64,000 nt of DNA, taken from Nemertoderma westbladi (lineage: Eukaryota > Animalia > Xenacoelomorpha). Every line of letters starts with the position of its first letter. Position 1 is the first letter of the stretch. A model generated the notes under the pieces. The model saw only the letters and a list, made by a program, of their open reading frames with translations, made no database searches and was not told where the DNA came from. Position numbers and translations under genes: made by a program. Positions 26,701-39,400 of the stretch are shown here, piece after piece. Where the stretch lies: contig JAUCBJ010007729.1 in the NCBI GenBank assembly GCA_032718475.1, positions 1 through 64,000 on the forward strand, in the 5' to 3' direction.

Positions 26701-27221
26701 GGTTTGTTGTGGCGACTTTTTAGAATCCATTGCTTTTTGAGGCGGACACTATCTCGCGGTGCAAACGAAAGGACAGAAAGCGGGTCTTCTGTAAAACTGA
26801 CTCCTCTTGGTGAGCCGACATCTAAATCTGAGTCTCCGTCGGCAGGACTAGTCTCTTGAAAACGTTTTGAGCGGAAGCGTATAGTTTCTGTTGCTGACAG
26901 ATGTCTCGACTTATTGTTAGGCTCATGAGCCACAAACTTTTTATATATTTTGGACCGCGGTGATTTGATATTCGTTGCTATTTGCGCAGCTTGTGGTAAC
27001 GCTCTGATTCGTAAATAGTTTGTATCTTTTTCCATTTCATACCTATTTTCTGTCAATGCGATTTTTCGTCTGTGCGCTGTTCGTTGAGGCTTTGTAGATA
27101 AATCTTTGCTATGATCACTACTGTCACTCTCATTGTCTGACATCCCTTGTGTAAAATGGTCGGTTGTCCCGGGATATGACGATGTTTCATCAGAACTTGA
27201 GCTGGACCAGTATGCCCCCAC
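23775..27221 (-). CDS. Large exon encoding a protein with two PH domains and long Ser-rich disordered regions
   Basis: 1148-codon open frame. PH1: TGWL..RYWT..LCFF..KPL..QWFNFVKKA (~25565-25175). PH2: NGYL..W.PYWC.V..FYMF..AEDQADTRSWISIL (~24680-24420). An acceptor ttttatAG lies at 27222; the likely start is ATG GTG|gt at 27309-27304 (82-bp intron). Confidence 0.8.
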   Translation of the reverse strand: MGAYWSSSSSDETSSYPGTTDHFTQGMSDNESDSSDHSKDLSTKPQRTAHRRKIALTENRYEMEKDTNYLRIRALPQAAQIATNIKSPRSKIYKKFVAHEPNNKSRHLSATETIRFRSKRFQETSPADGDSDLDVGSPRGVSFTEDPLSVLSFAPRDSVRLKKQWILKSRHNKPKFSLGSDWKFPLNQPTGISLEKINITEGTNHEKVKSIPIWQQIGSDVSVMKVWGDDDSKWEKGGSKVSQCQERDEKASKLRACDKDISKSQERGAAGEVPKLLQSKSDLHEWQDFGKPISESKLRSGEAKSLGCGPRHVETHSSWYRNRDKYGSGINEEVSKAADLLQDSQEGGSQRSPIRKIVIPAQFLQNQKTTPNLPLLEIPAHPARTTMTNSRTAGSLPTTPEKETHHSLIKRSHSFRTVRKVKEANGRHHPKLSSLCGVLQPEVNQKSSNNESLTYLKYEDSFLSKIDVEALNVESVDQIDYIIKPQQRSHERGDVPIVQSNVNRKQPQMKFDSAVTQWGKVNRNLTHILQVAMISGNENLIRRRLERKDIIDPAQTGWLTINGTRYWTIAVFSVLCFFLNKNSPKPLFVIILTNYDLMTHPLVEQKSSTEPRGSFSKYLRQRLASKVQNIMYKRTSSEKNLYVLNDTQVLLVNKTTNKIILIDVELKSNFHQWFNFVKKAICFSPNLVLPQIIINTSNDDVATCSNDLATLTNSIGLPITPNKEVHRTRHGEVLKDTVDWSATSSSTSVRTDQSQASELTIQSNVISTPTSINYKNKMDSASIDDLEADLYDSLKIRNPTMNPLSKRSQSSWIATHNAHRCALVDSNDSRDDINSPEENVFPNDLDFPLINGYLTYLTDDGFWLPYWCSVSQSVFYMFPSTNSPCRYSFCLHGSSVIRDSPNTFTLTIPTVPRDIALRAEDQADTRSWISILSRYQWWPCWCRSRRPAQLGTECFNNSQSKPIKICNEPSIKLYSRSKSESRMRDFIISDKSGSRKRDVINSNSSGYISDVDSWNSRSRIYPESQLIFIDDSPSQSRRQLHHVTDNNPKHVLKRRAAQKRPTRKSASANENAQNERQPTNVSSDRTNTTLTYSPTVIEASDVKTTGNMSIRDHLNEIQNMINSPHCNPYKLDQLLKSGLRKIISEGGK

Positions 27222-27409
27222 CTATAAAATAAATTAACTAAAATTTAGATAAATAGATAAAACATATAACTATAAAACTAAAACTAATATAAATCGAAAT
27301 TACCACCATACAACTTTACCGAGAACGTGCTGATGATACCAAAGTCTTCTAGAACATAGTATCAATTCTATGTTTGTTTAATAAATACACAATCTTCTGG
27401 AACAGGTAG

Positions 27410-30400
27410 ACGGGTCATAGTACGGATCATAAATAATCGGGTCATAGTACGGATCATAAATAAACGGGTCATAGTACGGATCATAAATAATCGGGTCATA
27501 GTACGGATCATAAATAATCGGGTCATAGTACGGATCATAAATAATCGGGTTATAGTACGGATCATAAATAATCGGGTCATAGTACGGATCATAAATAATC
27601 GGGTCATAGTACGGATCATAAATAATCGGGTCATAGTACGGATCATAAATAATCGGGTCATAGTACGGATCATAAATAATCGGGTCATAGTACGGATCAT
27701 AAATAAACGGGTCATAGTACGGATCATAAATAATCGGGTCATAGTACGGATCATAAATAAACGGGTCATAGTACGGATCATAAATAATCGGGTCATAGTA
27801 CGGATCATAAATAATCGGGTCATAGTACGGATCATAAATAATCGGGTCATATGGTACGGATCATAAATAATCGGGTCATAGTACGGATCATAAATAATCG
27901 GGTCATAGTACGGATCATTAATAAACGGGTCATAGTACGGATCATAAATAATCGGGTCATAGTACGGATCATAAATAATCGGGTCATAGTACGGATCATA
28001 AATAATCGGGTCATATGGTACGGATCATAAATAATCGGGTCATAGTACGGATCATAAATAATCGGGTCATATGGTACGGATCATAAATAATCGGGTCATA
28101 GTACGGATCATAAATAATCGGGTCATAGTACGGATCATAAATAAACGGGTTATAGTACGGATCATAAATAATCGGGTCATATGGTACGGATCATAAATAA
28201 TCGGGTCATAGTACGGATCATAAATAATCGGGTCATATGGTACGGATCATAAATAATCGGGTTATAGTACGGATCATAAATAATCGGGTTATAGTACGGA
28301 TCATAAATAAACGGGTCATAGTACGGATCATAAATAATCGGGTTATAGTACGGATCATAAATAAACGGGTCATAGTACGGATCATTAATAATCGGGTTAT
28401 AGTACGGATCATAAATAAACGGGTCATAGTACGGATCATAAATAATCGGGTCATAGTACGGATCATAAATAATCGGGTCATAGTACGGATCATAAATAAT
28501 CGGGTCATAGTACGGATCATAAATAATCGGGTTATAGTACGGATCATAAATAAACGGGTCATAGTACGGATCATAAATAATCGGGTCATAGTACGGATCA
28601 TAAATAAACGGGTCATAGTACGGATCATTAATAATCGGGTTATAGTACGGATCATAAATAAACGGGTCATAGTACGGATCATAAATAATCGGGTCATAGT
28701 ACGGATCATAAATAATCGGGTCATAGTACGGATCATAAATAATCGGGTCATATGGTACGGATCATAAATAATCGGGTCATAGTACGGATCATAAATAATC
28801 GGGTTATAGTACGGATCATAAATAAACGGGTCATAGTACGGATCATAAATAATCGGGTCATAGTACGGATCATAAATAATCGGGTCATAGTACGGATCAT
28901 TAATAAACGGGTCATAGTACGGATCATTAATACACGGGTCATAGTACGGATCATAAATAATCGGGTCATAGTACGGATCATAAATAATCGGGTTATAGTA
29001 CGGATCATAAATAAACGGGTCATAGTACGGATCATAAATAATCGGGTCATAGTACGGATCATAAATAATCGGGTTATAGTACGGATCATAAATAAACGGG
29101 TCATAGTACGGATCATAAATAATCGGGTCATAGTACGGATCATTAATAAACGGGTCATAGTACGGATCATTAATAAACGGGTCATAGTACGGATCATAAA
29201 TAATCGGGTCATAGTACGGATCATAAATAATCGGGTTATAGTACGGATCATAAATAAACGGGTCATAGTACGGATCATAAATAATCGGGTCATAGTACGG
29301 ATCATAAATAATCGGGTCATAGTACGGATCATAAATAATCGGGTCATAGTACGGATCATAAATAAACGGGTCATAGTACGGATCATAAATAATCGGGTCA
29401 TAGTACGGATCATAAATAATCGGGTCATAGTACGGATCATTAATAAACGGGTCATAGTACGGATCATTAATAAACGGGTCATAGTACGGATCATAAATAA
29501 TCGGGTCATAGTACGGATCATAAATAATCGGGTCATAGTACGGATCATAAATAATCGGGTCATATGGTACGGATCATAAATAATCGGGTTATAGTACGGA
29601 TCATAAATAAACGGGTCATAGTACGGATCATAAATAAACGGGTCATAGTACGGATCATAAATAATCGGGTCATAGTACGGATCATAAATAATCGGGTCAT
29701 ATGGTACGGATCATAAATAATCGGGTTATAGTACGGATCATAAATAAACGGGTCATAGTACGGATCATAAATAAACGGGTCATAGTACGGATCATAAATA
29801 ATCGGGTCATAGTACGGATCATAAATAATCGGGTCATATGGTACGGATCATAAATAATCGGGTTATAGTACGGATCATAAATAAACGGGTCATAGTACGG
29901 ATCATAAATAAACGGGTCATAGTACGGATCATAAATAAACGGGTCATAGTACGGATCATAAATAAACGGGTCATAGTACGGATCATAAATAATCGGGTCA
30001 TAGTACGGATCATAAATAATCGGGTTATAGTACGGATCATAAATAAACGGGTCATATGGTACGGATCATAAATAATCGGGTCATATGGTACGGATCATAA
30101 ATAATCGGGTTATAGTACGGATCATAAATAAACGGGTCATAGTACGGATCATAAATAATCGGGTCATAGTACGGATCATAAATAATCGGGTCATATGGTA
30201 CGGATCATAAATAATCGGGTTATAGTACGGATCATAAATAAACGGGTCATAGTACGGATCATAAATAAACGGGTCATAGTACGGATCATAAATAAACGGG
30301 TCATAGTACGGATCATAAATAAACGGGTCATAGTACGGATCATAAATAATCGGGTCATAGTACGGATCATAAATAATCGGGTTATAGTACGGATCATAAA

Positions 30401-33400
30401 TAAACGGGTCATATGGTACGGATCATAAATAATCGGGTCATAGTACGGATCATAAATAATCGGGTCATAGTACGGATTATAAATAATCGGGTCATAGTAC
30501 GGATCATAAATAATCGGGTCATAGTACGGATCATAAATAATCGGGTTATAGTACGGATCATAAATAATTGGGTTATAGTACGGATCATAAATAATCGGGT
30601 CATATGGTACGGATCATAAATAATCGGGTTATAGTACGGATCATAAATAAACGGGTCATAGTACGGATCATAAATAAACGGGTCATAGTACGGATCATAA
30701 ATAATCGGGTCATAGTACGGATCGATCATAAATAAACGGGTCATAGTACGGATCATAAATAAACGGGTCATAGTACGGATCATAAATAATCGGGTCATAG
30801 TACGGATCATAAATAATCGGGTTATAGTACGGATCATAAATAATTGGGTTATAGTACGGATCATAAATAATCGGGTCATATGGTACGGATCATAAATAAT
30901 CGGGTTATAGTACGGATCATAAATAAACGGGTCATAGTACGGATCATAAATAAACGGGTCATAGTACGGATCATAAATAATCGGGTCATAGTACGGATCA
31001 TAAATAATTGGGTTATAGTACGGATCATAAATAATTGGGTTATAGTACGGATCATAAATAATCGGGTCATAGTACGGATCATAAATAATCGGGTTATAGT
31101 ACGGATCATAAATAAACGGGTCATAGTACGGATCATAAATAATCGGGTCATATGGTACGGATCATAAATAATCGGGTCATAGTACGGATCATAAATAATC
31201 GGGTCATAGTACGGATCATAAATAAACGGGTCATAGTACGGATCATTAATAATCGGGTTATAGTACGGATCATAAATAATTGGGTCATAGTACGGATCAT
31301 AAATAAACGGGTCATATGGTACGGATCATAAATAATCGGGTCATAGTACGGATCATAAATAATCGGGTCATAGTACGGATCATAAATAAACGGGTCATAG
31401 TACGGATCATTAATAATCGGGTTATAGTACGGATCATAAATAATTGGTCATAGTACGGATCATAAATAAACGGGTCATAGTACGGATCATAAATAATCGG
31501 GTTATAGTACGGATCATAAATAAACGGGTCATAGTACGGATCATAAATAATCGGGTCATAGTACGGATCATAAATAAACGGGTCATATGGTACGGATCAT
31601 AAATAATCGGGTCATATGGTACGGATCATAAATAATCGGGTCATATGGTACGGATCATAAAGAATCGGGTCATAGTACGGATCATAAATAATCGGGTCAT
31701 AGTACGGATCATAAATAATCGGGTCATAGTACGGATCATAAATAATCGGGTCATATGGTACGGATCATAAATAATCGGGTTATAGTACGGATCATAAATA
31801 ATCGGGTCATAGTACGGATCATAAATAATCGGGTCATATGGTACGGATCATAAATAATCGGGTTATAGTACGGATCATAAATAATCGGGTCATATGGTAC
31901 GGATCATAAATAATCGGGTTATAGTACGGATCATAAATAAACGGGTCATAGTACGGATCATAAATAAACGGGTCATAGTACGGATCATAAATAATCGGGT
32001 CATATGGTACGGATCATAAAGAATCGGGTCATAGTACGGATCATAAATAATCGGGTCATATGGTACGGATCATAAATAATCGGGTTATAGTACGGATCAT
32101 AAATAATCGGGTCATATGGTACGGATCATAAATAATCGGGTTATAGTACGGATCATAAATAAACGGGTCATAGTACGGATCATAAATAAACGGGTCATAG
32201 TACGGATCATAAATAAACGGGTCATAGTACGGATCATTAATAATCGGGTTATAGTACGGATCATAAATAATTGGTCATAGTACGGATCATAAATAAACGG
32301 GTCATAGTACGGATCATAAATAATCGGGTCATATGGTACGGATCATAAATAATCGGGTCATAGTACGGATCATAAATAATCGGGTTATAGTACGGATCAT
32401 AAATAATCGGGTCATATGGTACGGATCATAAATAATCGGGTCATAGTACGGATCATAAATAAACGGGTCATATGGTACGGATCATAAATAATCGGGTTAT
32501 AGTACGGATCATAAATAAACGGGTCATATGGTACGGATCATAAATAATCGGGTTATAGTACGGATCATAAATAAACGGGTCATAGTACGGATCATAAATA
32601 ATCGGGTCATAGTACGGATCATAAATAAACGGGTCATATGGTACGGATCATAAATAATCGGGTCATAGTACGGATCATAAATAATCGGGTCATAGTACGG
32701 ATCATAAATAAACGGGTCATAGTACGGATCATTAATAATCGGGTCATAGTACGGATCATAAATAATTGGTCATAGTACGGATCATAAATAAACGGGTCAT
32801 AGTACGGATCATAAATAATCGGGTTATAGTACGGATCATAAATAAACGGGTCATAGTACGGATCATAAATAATCGGGTCATAGTACGGATCATAAATAAA
32901 CGGGTCATAGTACGGATCATAAATAAACGGGTCATAGTACGGATCATTAATAATCGGGTTATAGTACGGATCATAAATAAACGGGTCATAGTACGGATCA
33001 TAAATAATCGGGTCATAAATAATCGGGTAATAGTACGGATCATAAATAATCGGGTCATAGTACGGATCATAAATAATCGGGTCATATGGTACGGATCATA
33101 AATAATCGGGTCATATGGTACGGATCATAAATAATCGGGTCATAGTACGGATCATAAATAATCGGGTTATAGTACGGATCATAAATAATCGGGTCATATG
33201 GTACGGATCATAAAGAATCGGGTCATAGTACGGATCATAAATAATCGGGTCATATAGTACGGATCATAAATAATCGGGTCATATGGTACGGATCATAAAT
33301 AATCGGGTCATAGTACGGATCATAAATAATCGGGTCATATGGTACGGATCATAAATAATCGGGTCATATGGTACGGATCATAAATAATCGGGTCATAGTA

Positions 33401-36400
33401 CGGATCATAAATAATCGGGTCATAGTACGGATCATAAATAATCGGGTCATAGTACGGATCATAAATAATCGGGTCATATGGTACGGATCATAAATAATCG
33501 GGTCATAGTACGGATCATAAATAATCGGGTCATAGTACGGATCATAAATAAACGGGTCATAGTACGGATCATAAATAAACGGGTCATAGTACGGATCATA
33601 AATAATCGGGTCATAGTACGGATCATAAATAATCGGGTTATAGTACGGATCATAAATAATCGGGTTATAGTACGGATCATAAATAATCGGGTCATAGTAC
33701 GGATCATAAATAATCGGGTCATAGTACGGATCATAAATAATCGGGTCATAGTACGGATCATAAATAATCGGGTCATAGTACGGATCATAAATAAACGGGT
33801 CATAGTACGGATCATAAATAATCGGGTTATAGTACGGATCATAAATAATCGGGTCATAGTACGGATCATAAATAATCGGGTTATAGTACGGATCATAAAT
33901 AAACGGGTCATAGTACGGATCATAAATAAACGGGTCATAGTACGGATCATAAATAATCGGGTCATAGTACGGATCATAAATAATCGGGTCATAGTACGGA
34001 TCATAAATAATCGGGTCATAGTACGGATCATAAATAATCGGGTCATAGTACGGATCATAAATAATCGGGTCATAGTACGGATCATAAATAATCGGGTCAT
34101 AGTACGGATCATAAATAATCGGGTCATAGTACGGATCATAAATAAACGGGTCATAGTACGGATCATAAATAAACGGGTCATAGTACGGATCATAAATAAT
34201 CGGGTCATAGTACGGATCATAAATAATCGGGTCATAGTACGGATCATAAATAATCGGGTCATAGTACGGATCATAAATAATCGGGTCATAGTACGGATCA
34301 TAAATAATCGGGTCATAGTACGGATCATAAATAATCGGGTCATAGTACGGATCATAAATAATCGGGTCATAGTACGGATCATAAATAATCGGGTCATAGT
34401 ACGGATCATAAATAATCGGGTCATAGTACGGATCATAAATAATCGGGTCATAGTACGGATCATAAATAATCGGGTCATAGTACGGATCATAAATAATCGG
34501 GTCATAGTACGGATCATAAATAATCGGGTCATAGTACGGATCATAAATAATCGGGTCATAGTACGGATCATAAATAATCGGGTCATAGTACGGATCATAA
34601 ATAATCGGGTCATAGGTACGGATCATAAATAATCGGGTCATAGTACGGATCATAAATAAACGGGTCATAGTACGGATCATAAATAATCGGGTCATAGTAC
34701 GGATCATAAATAATCGGGTCATAGTACGGATCATAAATAATCGGGTCATAGTACGGATCATAAATAATCGGGTCATATGGTACGGATCATAAATAATCGG
34801 GTCATAGTACGGATCATAAATAATCGGGTCATAGTACGGATCATAAATAAACGGGTCATAGTACGGATCATAAATAATCGGGTCATAGTACGGATCATAA
34901 ATAATCGGGTCATAGTACGGATCATAAATAATCGGGTCATATGTACGGATCATAAATAATCGGGTCATAGTACGGATCATAAATAATCGGGTCATAGTAC
35001 GGATCATAAATAATCGGGTCATAGTACGGATCATAAATAATCGGGTCATAGTACGGATCATAAATAATCGGGTCATAGTACGGATCATAAATAATCGGGT
35101 CATAGTACGGATCATAAATAATCGGGTCATAGTACGGATCATAAATAATCGGGTCATATGGTACGGATCATAAATAATCGGGTCATAGTACGGATCATAA
35201 ATAATCGGGTCATAGTACGGATCATAAATAATCGGGTCATAGTACGGATCATAAATAATCGGGTTATAGTACGGATCATAAATAAACGGGTCATAGTACG
35301 GATCATAAATAATCGGGTTATAGTACGGATCATAAATAAACGGGTCATAGTACGGATCATAAATAATCGGGTCATAGTACGGATCATAAATAATCGGGTC
35401 ATAGTACGGATCATAAATAATCGGGTCATAGTACGGATCATAAATAATCGGGTCATAGTACGGATCATAAATAATCGGGTCATAGTACGGATCATAAATA
35501 AACGGGTCATAGTACGGATCATAAATAATCGGGTCATAGTACGGATCATAAATAATCGGGTCATAGTACGGATCATAAATAATCGGGTCATATGGTACGG
35601 ATCATAAATAATCGGGTCATAGTACGGATCATAAATAATCGGGTTATAGTACGGATCATAAATAAACGGGTCATAGTACGGATCATAAATAATCGGGTCA
35701 TAGTACGGATCATAAATAATCGGGTCATAGTACGGATCATTAATAAACGGGTCATAGTACGGATCATTAATACACGGGTCATAGTACGGATCATAAATAA
35801 TCGGGTCATAGTACGGATCATAAATAATCGGGTTATAGTACGGATCATAAATAAACGGGTCATAGTACGGATCATAAATAATCGGGTCATAGTACGGATC
35901 ATAAATAATCGGGTTATAGTACGGATCATAAATAAACGGGTCATAGTACGGATCATAAATAATCGGGTCATAGTACGGATCATTAATAAACGGGTCATAG
36001 TACGGATCATTAATAAACGGGTCATAGTACGGATCATAAATAATCGGGTCATAGTACGGATCATAAATAATCGGGTTATAGTACGGATCATAAATAAACG
36101 GGTCATAGTACGGATCATAAATAATCGGGTCATAGTACGGATCATAAATAATCGGGTCATAGTACGGATCATAAATAATCGGGTCATAGTACGGATCATA
36201 AATAAACGGGTCATAGTACGGATCATAAATAATCGGGTCATAGTACGGATCATAAATAATCGGGTCATAGTACGGATCATTAATAAACGGGTCATAGTAC
36301 GGATCATTAATAAACGGGTCATAGTACGGATCATAAATAATCGGGTCATAGTACGGATCATAAATAATCGGGTCATAGTACGGATCATAAATAATCGGGT

Positions 36401-39400
36401 CATATGGTACGGATCATAAATAATCGGGTTATAGTACGGATCATAAATAAACGGGTCATAGTACGGATCATAAATAAACGGGTCATAGTACGGATCATAA
36501 ATAATCGGGTCATAGTACGGATCATAAATAATCGGGTCATATGGTACGGATCATAAATAATCGGGTTATAGTACGGATCATAAATAAACGGGTCATAGTA
36601 CGGATCATAAATAAACGGGTCATAGTACGGATCATAAATAATCGGGTCATAGTACGGATCATAAATAATCGGGTCATATGGTACGGATCATAAATAATCG
36701 GGTTATAGTACGGATCATAAATAAACGGGTCATAGTACGGATCATAAATAAACGGGTCATAGTACGGATCATAAATAAACGGGTCATAGTACGGATCATA
36801 AATAAACGGGTCATAGTACGGATCATAAATAATCGGGTCATAGTACGGATCATAAATAATCGGGTTATAGTACGGATCATAAATAAACGGGTCATATGGT
36901 ACGGATCATAAATAATCGGGTCATATGGTACGGATCATAAATAATCGGGTTATAGTACGGATCATAAATAAACGGGTCATAGTACGGATCATAAATAATC
37001 GGGTCATAGTACGGATCATAAATAATCGGGTCATATGGTACGGATCATAAATAATCGGGTTATAGTACGGATCATAAATAAACGGGTCATAGTACGGATC
37101 ATAAATAAACGGGTCATAGTACGGATCATAAATAAACGGGTCATAGTACGGATCATAAATAAACGGGTCATAGTACGGATCATAAATAATCGGGTCATAG
37201 TACGGATCATAAATAATCGGGTTATAGTACGGATCATAAATAAACGGGTCATATGGTACGGATCATAAATAATCGGGTCATAGTACGGATCATAAATAAT
37301 CGGGTCATAGTACGGATTATAAATAATCGGGTCATAGTACGGATCATAAATAATCGGGTCATAGTACGGATCATAAATAATCGGGTTATAGTACGGATCA
37401 TAAATAATTGGGTTATAGTACGGATCATAAATAATCGGGTCATATGGTACGGATCATAAATAATCGGGTTATAGTACGGATCATAAATAAACGGGTCATA
37501 GTACGGATCATAAATAAACGGGTCATAGTACGGATCATAAATAATCGGGTCATAGTACGGATCGATCATAAATAAACGGGTCATAGTACGGATCATAAAT
37601 AAACGGGTCATAGTACGGATCATAAATAATCGGGTCATAGTACGGATCATAAATAATCGGGTTATAGTACGGATCATAAATAATTGGGTTATAGTACGGA
37701 TCATAAATAATCGGGTCATATGGTACGGATCATAAATAATCGGGTTATAGTACGGATCATAAATAAACGGGTCATAGTACGGATCATAAATAAACGGGTC
37801 ATAGTACGGATCATAAATAATCGGGTCATAGTACGGATCATAAATAATTGGGTTATAGTACGGATCATAAATAATTGGGTTATAGTACGGATCATAAATA
37901 ATCGGGTCATAGTACGGATCATAAATAATCGGGTTATAGTACGGATCATAAATAAACGGGTCATAGTACGGATCATAAATAATCGGGTCATATGGTACGG
38001 ATCATAAATAATCGGGTCATAGTACGGATCATAAATAATCGGGTCATAGTACGGATCATAAATAAACGGGTCATAGTACGGATCATTAATAATCGGGTTA
38101 TAGTACGGATCATAAATAATTGGGTCATAGTACGGATCATAAATAAACGGGTCATATGGTACGGATCATAAATAATCGGGTCATAGTACGGATCATAAAT
38201 AATCGGGTCATAGTACGGATCATAAATAAACGGGTCATAGTACGGATCATTAATAATCGGGTTATAGTACGGATCATAAATAATTGGTCATAGTACGGAT
38301 CATAAATAAACGGGTCATAGTACGGATCATAAATAATCGGGTTATAGTACGGATCATAAATAAACGGGTCATAGTACGGATCATAAATAATCGGGTCATA
38401 GTACGGATCATAAATAAACGGGTCATATGGTACGGATCATAAATAATCGGGTCATATGGTACGGATCATAAATAATCGGGTCATATGGTACGGATCATAA
38501 AGAATCGGGTCATAGTACGGATCATAAATAATCGGGTCATAGTACGGATCATAAATAATCGGGTCATAGTACGGATCATAAATAATCGGGTCATATGGTA
38601 CGGATCATAAATAATCGGGTTATAGTACGGATCATAAATAATCGGGTCATAGTACGGATCATAAATAATCGGGTCATATGGTACGGATCATAAATAATCG
38701 GGTTATAGTACGGATCATAAATAATCGGGTCATATGGTACGGATCATAAATAATCGGGTTATAGTACGGATCATAAATAAACGGGTCATAGTACGGATCA
38801 TAAATAAACGGGTCATAGTACGGATCATAAATAATCGGGTCATATGGTACGGATCATAAAGAATCGGGTCATAGTACGGATCATAAATAATCGGGTCATA
38901 TGGTACGGATCATAAATAATCGGGTTATAGTACGGATCATAAATAATCGGGTCATATGGTACGGATCATAAATAATCGGGTTATAGTACGGATCATAAAT
39001 AAACGGGTCATAGTACGGATCATAAATAAACGGGTCATAGTACGGATCATAAATAAACGGGTCATAGTACGGATCATTAATAATCGGGTTATAGTACGGA
39101 TCATAAATAATTGGTCATAGTACGGATCATAAATAAACGGGTCATAGTACGGATCATAAATAATCGGGTCATATGGTACGGATCATAAATAATCGGGTCA
39201 TAGTACGGATCATAAATAATCGGGTTATAGTACGGATCATAAATAATCGGGTCATATGGTACGGATCATAAATAATCGGGTCATAGTACGGATCATAAAT
39301 AAACGGGTCATATGGTACGGATCATAAATAATCGGGTTATAGTACGGATCATAAATAAACGGGTCATATGGTACGGATCATAAATAATCGGGTTATAGTA

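Noticed and set aside
24072-26859. Several + strand ORFs
   Set aside because: Antisense shadows of the long PH-domain exon.
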